Positions 1 through 10,482 of a DNA stretch of 60,000 nt are shown one piece after another (position 1 is the first letter of the stretch; the number at the start of each line of letters is the position of its first letter). Below the pieces are notes generated by a model. It had not been told where the DNA came from, made no database searches, and saw only the letters and a program-made list of their open reading frames with translations. Position numbers and translations under genes: made by a program. Source of the stretch: Camelus dromedarius (Eukaryota); contig NC_087447.1 in the NCBI RefSeq assembly GCF_036321535.1, forward strand, positions 45,076,001 through 45,136,000. The letters run 5' to 3'.

Positions 1-640
1 ATCCATATATGTAGATGTGAAAAAGCAGACGTGAAAACTACTAGAGATGCATGTTGTTCAGAAATCAAATAATGGGGGACAATAAGGGATTGTCCAAGAA
101 TTCGAAGTTGTAAACACAAGGGTTAAACTGAAACCTCAAGCAGATGAAGGAAACGTGGCATGAAAGAGAGGAAAAATGCATTAGGGAGAGGAAATGAGCT
201 GTTCCTGGAACACAGAGTATCTATCATAAGGTTGCAAATGTCCGTGTGGCTGGTGAGCAGAAAAGTGCTGGCCTTTGGTCTCACAAGAGCTACAATGACA
301 TAAATATGACACTTCCTAAATTACATAACATTTAGGGACCCATTTCCAAGAGGAAGGACAATGACCCATGTTTCCCCATCAGAGAAGAGGTGCCTGGAGC
401 TGTGAGCTGTCACATGGACCCAGCGTGGACCTGGGAGGTTCAGGTGGGATGCCTGCACAGGGGCTCCGGGGAGAGATGATGAGGGGCCGGGTGCTGAAGA
501 CAATGGAGGCAGCAGATGGGAGTGAGCGCAGGAGGAGGGAACATGCAGGATTGGGGACTGGCTTAGACACGTGGAACAAAGGACTAACATGAGGCCTGGG
601 GTCTTTGTTGCTTTACAGACAATGTTGGCTTACTCTTCTC

Positions 641-643
<3 letters not shown>

Positions 644-697
<54 letters not shown>

Positions 698-698
698 G
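644..698. repeat. (TG)n microsatellite; paralogous copy at ~19160-19225
   Basis: Directly visible. Confidence 0.95.
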
Positions 699-3334
699 GT
701 TTTTCTGGGAAACGTCCTGGGTTACAACAAAGTGGAGGTTGGCAGGCTTTCAAGGTCACATTATTGACAGGAAAACTATCGTGACATATAAAGTGCGTTT
801 GGTTAGGAAGGCTTTATACAGAGCTGAAATGCCAAGGGTAAGCATAGGTACCGTATTCACAGGGGGCTGTGACTGGTATGTTCAGATATGTCTCTTTTAG
901 TTCCTTGGAAGCTGCTGCTCATAACCTTTACAAGGTAAGCAGATAAGCCACAGGGTTATGTCCCCTGGGGTAGTTTCACACACATATTCACCTAGTCTGG
1001 TTCCTTAAACAGCCGAGATAATGGGGATAATGTACCTCCTGGACCACTGTAAGGGCCACCTCCAAGAGCGCACCTGAGCCAGCCATCCAGTGCTGTGTCC
1101 CCTGTCCTGAAACTCCCAGCTAAGCTAAGTGAACCTGGTAGTTTATGTCCTATGAGGCTGTGTGCGTGGCATGGGTGGTCCAGTCTGGAAGCCACTCCTG
1201 GTGGTCAGTCAGAGGGAGCATCGCAGAGTGGTAGCAGAGTGATGCTCCTTCTTCAACCTGGACTCAGCATGGTGCTCGTAGTCCAGGCTCGGGAGTTCTG
1301 TAGCTACTCTAGGCAAATGGGGCCGTGACGCAATAAACATGTCCTGATGGTTGTCAACGTTTGATGGGAAAAGAAAGACCGCCAGTATGAAACAAACAAT
1401 AAGTTTCCCTTTACTCAGCAAAAGGGAGGGAGAAGCTACAAAGCTGCCCAGAGATAAATGTACACCTGCTGAAACTCCACACTTACGCCATGTTCCTCAC
1501 GCATGAAGAACACTTGATACAGAAGGAGGCTGCAGGTGAACTGTAAATGCAATGCAGATGAAGGTACAGACGCTGAAAATAGCCTAGAGGCCGTCTGCAG
1601 TTTGCCAAAGGTGGCAAAGATCTAGCTAATGAGTAACAAGATGAGAGGTGACATTGTATCAGTTCATGACTCAGGCTGTTGTCCAAATATTGTGGTGGGG
1701 CCTCTGTCTATTTCTCATACCTTTCAGGATCCAACCAATGCTGAGATGAGTCAAGAACCTACAGAGGAGGGAGAGCAGAGTCTGGAGTCTGCCATGGGGT
1801 TGCAGAATTTATTTTCCCTGCAGGGCTCCAAGGAGCTACTGTCAAAGCAGCTGCAGCACAACACACATAGAAGGAACAGGTCCTCACACATGAAGGATGA
1901 CCCCCCCACTACCTAAGCAGTGACCCAAGGGCTCCCCAGCAGTCAGGGAGGTGGACGTGGGAAAGAGAGTGGCATCTGCCTGATGAAACATCAGGTCATG
2001 TGGCTGCCATGGTGTCAGCTGACTGCACCTTACAAGTCGGTCTTCTGACATCTGAGCTCATGAGATTGCAAACTCAATACATCCCAGCGGCAACACCTAA
2101 AGACAAGCTTAAAGGACATAAAAAGACAATTGTTATGTAAAAGTCCAGAAGTTAAGTTCATAGAAAGAACTTTCTTCTCTGGTCACTGCAGTAAAACAGG
2201 TTGTCTAATCATGATAAAGCCACAACTCATGGATGGTATAAGGGAAAGCGTCACTGTTCCCAGATAGAATCAGAAAGGGAAGTCGTGCAACGTTTTACCT
2301 CCTAGGCAGTCATGTAACGGTGTTGCATATAAACTCCTGACAACACTAGTGAGATGAACGTGAAGCAGTGAAGTAACAAAGCAGCTCTAAGACCTGCAGT
2401 GATTGGCCTGACGAAAGTGCATGTGCGAGTTCAGCAGACAAGTGTCTAACACTGACTTATGCTGAGAAAGGGTCTAGGAATTCACAGCCGAGGGATCATG
2501 TCCAGAGTGAACCTTGATGGAGGAAGATTTGGTCAGATCAGGGGAAGGCGTGGTGAGAAGAGAGATTTGGCCGAGTTAGGTGGGCGCAGCTGTACTGCCC
2601 ATAGGACGGAGGAGGGGGAGGAAACACAGAGGCTCCTCTCACATCCTTCCCTTTTCAGTCTCATGATGTTATAATTCTGTTTCTTCTGACATCTTTTTAT
2701 ATCGTCAACCCCAGTCAAGTAACTCCTTTGGTTTATTAAAAGTTAGAACAGACGTCCCTTCTGGACGTTCCTCCTACATGCCTCTCTTGCTCCAGACCTC
2801 TCAGCTGAGCTCTGTTTCCCGATGATAGACATGGCTCAGGCAGAGGGGTGAGCAGGTTAGCGACTTAAGGAAGTGCAGTGGTTCCCTGGGTCTGGAGGAG
2901 AGGACACAGAGAGGCTCAGAGCCTGCCAGCTGTGACAGCACCAGGCTCCTGAGCACAGACAGGCCGAGGTCGTGAGAATTTCTCCGGAGTCAGGCAGAAA
3001 CACTACACTGCTGCTCTGATAAGCGCTAAACTATTAGGACTCAAAGACCCCTCTGCAATTGTCCTTGTTGAGGGAAAGGACATTCTAGCTCTGAAAAATC
3101 AAGTAATCTTGTGTCCTCAGCAAGATGCTTTCAAAATTATAAAATGGGGTGGAGGCGTGTGTAGATTCACCGTGGAGGAACAAACAGTCCCTCTAAGGAA
3201 CAAGCAAAGCCTTTTACTTCTTCCAACCCTGCTTCTTCTAAGACTCCCCCTGCCCCAGTCTCGTCTTCACTCTCAGCAGGAAGCCTGCAGGCACAGCCTT
3301 TTCCCTCTTTAGAACAGCTTCCAGAAATCAAGTA

Positions 3335-3560
3335 AAACTCACCCAAACACTTTCAGTTTCTCCTTCTATGTCTTTCGAAACCAGCCCTTCACAAAACCTG
3401 AGTATCTTCACTCTGCAGTGGAGAAGTTGTGATTCCTTAGGGAAGGGTGAAGACAGGGCCTGGGCACCTGTGTCCTGCATTCACTCACCAAACCAGGGGC
3501 CTGATATTCACCAAGAAGATTCCCCTTAGAAGAAGCAGGAAGATGAAATTTCAGTCTTGT
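3335..3560 (-). promoter_or_regulatory. Putative promoter/exon 1 of the off-window TRIM5-like paralog
   Basis: Duplicate of 21868-22100; ACTTTCAGTTTC IRF/ISRE motif at 3349-3360; same donors. Confidence 0.55.
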
Positions 3561-4183
3561 GGGTGGAGTACAAGCAGGAAATGAGAAGTGAAGCTAGACC
3601 AGTGGGAGGCCTCCCCACAGGGCCCCCAGGAAATGACAAGGCTTTTGTGCCTCAGCCTGCTGGGCCAGGGAATGTATTTTTATTCCTGTCTCCTGTGTTC
3701 TCATGGCTCTTCACACTAATCCATCCTTTGAAGAACTCGGCTAGCCTAAGCCATGTCATATCACAGGCATCCTCCTTGTCTAGTTTGCTTACAAATGACC
3801 CGTCAGGAGGAGAGAGGAAGTTCTCCTTTATCACAGTGAAGACGCCCCGCTGAGGGCTCACCTACTGGAAGCACTCTCCTGTCCAGTGTCCTCCAGCTAA
3901 ACTAAATGAATCCGTCCAGTGTGCACTGTTAAGACACGTTAGAGAAAAAAGTTTCTCCACATCTGACATTTCTCCGGCAGCCAGTCACAGGGGCTATCAC
4001 AGAGCGCTAGAACACTGATGCTGTTTCAGAACGTGGATTCACTATGCCCAAAATGGCAAGATTCCTAAATAAGCAGCCGGAGATGAAACCCTCGGAAACA
4101 TCATTTGTTGGGCAATGTCATCTGACACTATTTTACACGTAACGCCTATGATCAACATGAGAAAAATGAATCCAGGGAATTCG

Positions 4184-4680
4184 TGTGACGGTTATTACTA
4201 TATGTCAACTAGACTGGTCACTGGGTGCCCAGTTTAGACATTCTTTCTGCGTGTGTCTGTGAAAGTGTTCTTTCCAGCCAAGATTAGAATGGGATCTGTG
4301 GACTCAGTATCGCAGCTGGCTTTCCGTGGCGTGGATGGGTATCATCCAATTTGTTGAGGCCTGAAAAGAACACAAATGTGCAAGAAGGAAGAATTTGTTC
4401 TTTTTGTTCCTGCCTGCCTGCTTCTGCTTCCGCGGGTCTTCTCCCGTCCTGAGACGGAAACTTATGTCATAGATATTCCCGGTCTGAAGCTTCCCGACTT
4501 GGACTGAGTTACTGGGTCTGCACCTTGCTGTTGGCAGGTCTGGAACTTCTCAGCCTCTATGATTATATGAGCCTCCTCCTTATAATAGGGCACCTTCCAA
4601 TGTATATGATGAGGGTGGATAGCTAGCTAGCTAGCTAATAGAAAGAGATTCTATTTCTCTGAAGAACCCTGAGTAATACA
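4184..4680 (+). mobile_element. MLT2-like (ERVL) solo LTR
   Basis: Starts tgtgacggtta..tgtcaactagactgg, ends tttctctgaagaaccctgagtaataca; MLT2-type termini. Confidence 0.75.
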
Positions 4681-4794
4681 GTAATGAAAAATTTCTAAAA
4701 TTCTGTTAAGTGACATAGCTGAACTATGAGAGTAATCCAATGACTCAGCTGAACCATGTAATTTCAAAAGCTCTGTGCCAAACAGTGTATTTTC

Positions 4795-5714
4795 TTCCGC
4801 ACTAGTGATATTATTATGGTAGAGGAATTGCACATGAATAACATAAAGAGAGCGAGTGTTATTATACTGGAAATCAATGTTTAGAATTATTGTGGTTAAA
4901 TGCCGTATTATAACAGCTGCCATTTATCCTATATTGTCAACTGATGAATAGGTTATGATTTTTCCTAGCTGGGCTTGGTTAAGTCCATCTCAAGCTCTGA
5001 TTAGGATGGATAATATGACTATGGTTAGTATCACGCTTATGTTGACGAATCGTGAGATTTGAAATAAACTGATATTGCTGAAAGTGTTTGTCCTGTTCAT
5101 AGGATTAGGCCTGCTCTTGGTGGATTATGTTTAACTTTGGTCACTCGCAAGTGGAATGAGGAAAGTGCTAACTTTATGATAACGGCTACCATTTTGATGG
5201 TGGTTACTGTTGTATTAAATGTTTTGGGAAATTGTTCATTGATTTGAATATACTAAATGAATACTGATAGCAATTATAGGAATGTTGACATGGTAGCTTG
5301 TGTTAAAATAATTTGCTGGATGTTTCTATGGCTCATGGAGTAAGTATTTTTATTAGGAAAGAGATAATAGATACTATTTTTATTCTGAAGCCAATTCAAA
5401 ATCTTAATCAGTGTGAGCGTATCATTACAATTATGGTTCCTGAGATGATGGTTAGTAGAATGATACTAAAACTATGTGATTTTTAGCATGGGAATGCTAT
5501 AAACCAACATTTTCTGGATATGGGTTTAGTAGCCTACTTGGTTGACCTTACTCTAGAATATGATATAATATGGTACACTGAGAAAGTTGACTTTGTATGG
5601 ATAGGTTCGATTTCTACAGTTCTAAAAATAAAAGGGTTTTAACCTACATTATTTATTCAAGTAACTCTTTCGCTAGACATATTTTTTTCTTAAGTTTGTG
5701 GAGGAATGCCTGAG
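4795..5714 (-). pseudogene. Old nuclear mitochondrial segment (NUMT): ND1 3' end, tRNA-Ile, tRNA-Gln, tRNA-Met, 5' part of ND2
   Basis: Minus strand reads ggcattcctccacaaact (ND1 end), agaaa..tatgtct..aaagagttact (tRNA-Ile, ~5621-5690), tRNA-Gln on + (~5554-5624), agtaaggtca..aaaatgttggttta (tRNA-Met, ~5484-5552), then degenerate ND2; vertebrate mitochondrial I-Q-M order. Confidence 0.85.
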
Positions 5715-5904
5715 GTGATGGTGGGTAGTGAAACATTCCATTTGCACAGAGCAGAGGAAAAGAAAGGCAGGCAGAGAAAGGATAGTGATGGTGCAGAGAT
5801 TTAGAACAAACAAAACATTAACATCATAGTTAAAAAGAAGAAATGGGAGAGACAAGAGGAGTAAGTCAATGACAGAATGATAATGGATATTGTGATATTC
5901 TGGT

Positions 5905-7275
5905 TCTGTCTACTTATCACTTTTCTCTAAGTTTTGTGTATTTTTGCCATTTTGTTTCTGGTAGGAATATTCTCTCAAATTTCTTGTAAGAGGGGGTCTA
6001 GGGTTCATCCACTCCCTCGGCTTTTGATTGGGAAAGTCTTTATTTTTCCTTCCTATCTGAATGATACTTTGCTGGATAGCGTATTCTTGGGTGACAGTTT
6101 TGCCTTTCACTATTTTGAGAATGTCATTCCACTCCTTCCTGGCCTGTTGGGCTTCTGCTGAAAAATCTGCTGATGGTCTTACCGAGGTTCCTTTGTACAT
6201 GATCATCCTGTTTACACTCGCTGCAGTTAAAATTCACTTTTTGACATCGAGTTTTGACAAGTTTAGTATCTTGTGTCCTGGAAAAGGCCTTTTTGCAATG
6301 CGGTCATTAAGTGTTCTCTCAGGTGCATGGGCGTGTATATCCAGTTCCTTCCCCAGGTTTGGGGAGTTCACAGCTATTATTTCTTTAAAATCTCTCTGCT
6401 CCCTTTTGTCCCTTTGCTCCTTCTGGGATACCCGTTACCCTAATGGTGCCCTTCCTAAAAGAGTCCGATAGTCCTGGGAAATTAACTCATTTTTATGTCT
6501 TATTTCTCTCTCCTCTTCTACTCATATCATTTCTAGATTTCAACGTGCGAGCTCATGAATTCCCTCTCCATCTGGTCTGCTCTACTTTCAATGCTTTCTA
6601 ACGTGTTCTTCTTCCCACTTTCGGTGTTCTTCAGCTCCAGAATTTGTTCGATTCTGTTTTAGAGTTTCATCCTTGTTGGGAAGGTTTTCCTTCAGAACTT
6701 GAATTTTATTCCTGAGCTCTGTAGACTGCCTGAGTGAGTTTTGCTGTATCTCTTTGAGTCCTCTATCGGTTAGATCACAATATTCCATGACTTTCAGTTT
6801 GATTTCTGGAAAATTGGCATTTTCCTTTTGTCAAGTAGTGTAATTCTGGTTCTTCATGTTGCTTTCTGATTGAAGTATAGTTGATTTCCAATGTTGTGCT
6901 GGTTTCTGGTGAACAGCATGGTGATTCAGTGAATGAATTTTTCTCTGTCTGTGCATGTGAAATAAAATGACAGGTTAGGAGTGAGGCTCCTTTGGTTGGT
7001 GTTCCAGTAGGTGGAGATATCACAGAAGTTTGGATGTCTCTTGCCTGCGCTTCCTCTGGCTGTGGTTGAGTTCGCACTTTCCAGCCTGCACCGGTTCTGT
7101 AAGAGGTGCCTCCATGCTTTCACTGCAGCTTCATGTGCCACCACGGTGGTTGCTGCCTTGTTTCTGCCAGAGCCACTGTCATCACCGGGATGGTGGGCTC
7201 TTTCCTGGCATCCATCTGAGATCCCTTAGAGACACAGGTTCCACATGGGACAGGGGCACAGCTGGGAGGAGCTAG
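5905..7275 (-). mobile_element. LINE-1 5' part (ORF1 remnant and probable 5'UTR)
   Basis: IMYKGTSVRPSADFSAEAQQARKEWNDILKIVKGK is ORF1p C-terminal-like; EYCDLTDR..ELRNKI..ETLKQN is ORF1p coiled-coil-like. Confidence 0.8.
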
Positions 7276-7279
7276 GTCA

Positions 7280-8600
7280 AGAAGGCTGTCTCAGTATTCA
7301 AGTTTCACATATTCAAGATTTTAAGAGATGATACTCCATTTAGAGTTACTGCAGAACAACAGCCATACTTGCCTGTGCTGTACAGTATATCCTTGTACCC
7401 TATTCACTTTACACATAGCAGTTGGTGTCTCTTGGTCCCATACACACATCTTCTCCCTCCCTCCTTCCTGCTCCTCAGTTTTGCCACCAGTTGTTCCCTG
7501 TATGTGTCAGTCTGCTTCTGTTTCGTCCTGTAACTTTGATTTCATTTTTAGACTCCACTTGTAAGTGGTAACAAAGAATATTTGTTGTTTACTGTCTGAC
7601 TTATTTCACTAAGCATAATGTACTTCAGATAACTGACGTTGTTGCAAATGGCAAAACTTCATTCCTTTTGAAGGTAAGTAATATTCCATTGTGTATATTC
7701 CACAACTTCTACACCCATTCATCTGGTCGGAAACTTAGGTTGCTTCCATCTCTTGGCAGTTGTAAATAATACTGCTGTGAACATTGGGGTATATGTGTCT
7801 TTTCAAGTTAGTGTTATGCTTTTCTTAGCTATATAAGCTCAGGAGTGGGATTGCTGGATCATACAGTATTTCACTTTTAATTTTTTGAAGATCCTCTGTA
7901 CTGTTTGTATTGTGGCTGCACCAATTTAAAGTCCTATCAACATTGCTCTCAGGTTCCCTTTTGCCAGCATCCTCACCAATGTTTGTTATTTGTTGATAAC
8001 CATTTTGTTTTTGATGATAACCATTTAGACAGGCATGAGTTAATAGCTCGTTGTGGCTTTGATTTGCAGTTTTCCATGATTAGTAATGTTGACCATTTTT
8101 TCCTGTGCCTGTTGAACATCTGTGTACCTTCTTTGGAAAAAAGTGTATTCAGGTCTCTTGCCCATTTTTTATTGAATTCTTTGGTTTTTTAAAATATTGA
8201 GTTGTTTGAGCTGTTCATAAGCTTTAGATATTAACCCCTTAATGATCATAGCACTTGGAAATATTTTCTCCCATTCAGTAGAGTATCTTTTAATCGTGTC
8301 GATGATTTGTGCTTCTCAAAATCTTTTACGTTTAATTAGGGACCATTTGTTTTGGGTTCTGCTTCTTTTTGCTTTTCTTTCTTTTGTTTTAGGAGACAGA
8401 TCAAAAAATATATTGCCAAGGTCTATACCGAGGAGTGTCCTACTTATGGTCACTTCTTGGAATTTCATGGTTTCAGGGCTTACATTTAGGTCTTTAATCC
8501 CTTTTGGGTTTACTTTTCTACATAGTGTGAAGAAATGTTCAATTGTCATTCTCTTGCATGTAGCTGTCCAGTTATCCCAGCGCCAAGTATTGAAGAGATT
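7280..8600 (-). mobile_element. LINE-1 3' part (ORF2 C-terminus and 3'UTR)
   Basis: WDNWTATCKRM..KGIKDLNVSPETMK..LGNIFFD..KWSLIK is the ORF2 C-terminal region. Confidence 0.85.
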
Positions 8601-9895
8601 CCAGGACACCTTTGGCATTTTACTGAGGAGAGGATCTGGAACTGGGAGCAACTTGAGATACCTTATTCTTTTCAGTGGAGGGCTTCATTTCTGGGGCCAA
8701 GATTCTCTGTTATAAAGTGAATGCCCCTCGATGTGCAGATGTTTCTCTGTTGTATACGAAAACTCAGGGCTTCCAATTCTTATATGTGGGTGTTTCATCC
8801 TCAACTAGAGAACTGGGCATGCAAGCAAATGAAAAGCCATCATTGTCCCTAGAAAGTCATTTGTCAATAATTCAAGGGTATAGAGTTTTCTCAGTGAGAC
8901 AGAACCTCAATCACTGTAGCAATGGGGTGACAAGAAGACAGAGGTCAAAGGGAAAATTTAGGTTGATTTCCTTCAGTTTCCATGGATGACTACTAATCAA
9001 AGAGTGTGCACATGCACACTCATACACACACAGTTTTCCATGGCAGGGAGAGTTGGAGTAGTCTTGTCAGCAGCACAGAGGCATCTAGAATCTGGAAAAT
9101 GAGACGACAGTAGAAACAACCCTTGTGCCCCTGAAGGCACAAACCTGTTTAATGAGACACTGACACGGGTTATATTTCTCAGTAACTAACAGATCTAATA
9201 TTTATTGTGAAGTTGAGAAGCTTAAATGCTTTATAATAAATAACATTTATCTACTCACAATGATCTTATATATGGTGCAGTTTTTATACCAGGATCATTT
9301 TAAGAAAATAAACAGAGTGTTCTAGTATGTTTTTCAAGGTTTCACTGCTCATATGCGGAGAGACAGGGCTTGAAGTCACATACTCTGGACACAAAATTTC
9401 CAATCTTAGTACATGTTATTTATGATATTTTCTCCTTAATTCCTTGGGGAGTAAGGGACAATATAGGTAAACTGAGACACCACTCAGGATCACACTTCAG
9501 TAAATGAAAAGTAAACACAAGGGCTTTGATAATATATGAAGTTTTTAAGAAGCATCCCTTCCTCTTCTTGGTCAGTGCCAAAGGAAATGAGGCTGTAAAA
9601 ATTTGCAGAGGTGTTCCATCAGGACTGCTCCTTCTTTGTACGGCAGTAATCACTTTTTCTTTGGGTATGGAAAATGATGAATTAAGATTTTCTCTCAATC
9701 CAGACATGATATTGAACCAAAAAATATGACACAAGGCCAGCTGAATAGCCTAACTGATGAATGAAAAATATTCAAATGGGAAAAAAAGTAGATGGAAGAA
9801 AGATAAATGGAGGGATGGTGCAGATGAGCTCAGGCAGGTTAGATGCACGCACAAGAAGAGGCAGGAGAAAGAAGTGGGTGTGAGTGTAAGAAGGT

Positions 9896-10482
9896 TCAGG
9901 AGCCTATCGAGCACAGAGTCATGGGGGCCTCACATTTCATAAGATTGAAATATGGATACAGTTTCTGTGGGAAGGAACACGAAGAGAATTTATAGATGAG
10001 AGACCCGTTGTTTGTGACATTGAAAAATGAGACAGTGCGAGCATCATAGTCTAGGAAAACCCCAATAAGCCTGGGAGGAACACTCAGGGAGAGGGGTATC
10101 TTTAAGGGATCAGAGGAGGGAGACTGGGCAAAAGCATAATATTGATAATTCTGTAACCCTATAACACAGTAGCCACATTTAGGTTGATATTGCAAGCAAA
10201 CAGGTTGATAATTTTCATGTTCTTGGGATAAAAGTCTCATACAATTTCTCTGTTGGTTTTCATCACATACCCCAAGGATCCAGGCACGTTTCTGTGACAC
10301 ATCTACCTCCCAGTAATGTTTTCCTCTTGTAATAAATGGGGAGCCTAGGACACCAGGGTCTTGATAATCACCATTCAGATATGCATTGGATTGTCCAAAA
10401 GTATGCACATAACTCATTCGTCTTCCATCCGCAGAAATGACAACATTTGATTTACGCTTTGGAGGAATCAGGGTCACAGGAA
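9896..10482 (-). CDS. TRIM5: TRIM5 PRYSPRY (B30.2) exon
   Basis: [53 protein letters not shown]; stop at 9896; AATAAA on the minus strand at 9201-9206. Confidence 0.93.

Larger units (their letters stand above)
1..6777. repeat. Segmental duplication copy 1 (continues off the left edge): intron 1/promoter of a further TRIM5-like paralog plus upstream spacer
   Basis: Near-identical to 18516-25325 (offset ~18.5 kb); the ORF track shows duplicated spurious ORFs, e.g. 992-1195 = 19527-19730 and 1483-1686 = 20023-20226. Confidence 0.95.

Noticed and set aside
571..900. ORFs with CVCVCV or HTHTHT runs (also 14835-15157, 18066-18275, 18883-19341, and KERK at 26070)
   Set aside because: Translations of microsatellites.
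1629..1916. 95-aa ORF repeated at 20169-20462
   Set aside because: Conservation is explained by the recent duplication; the ends differ by a frameshift and no protein family is recognisable.
5484..5690. Functional tRNA genes
   Set aside because: Degenerate mitochondrial tRNAs inside a NUMT.
5905..8600. A single permuted L1 (3' part preceding 5' part)
   Set aside because: Two independent adjacent insertions explain it more simply; no shared TSD seen.
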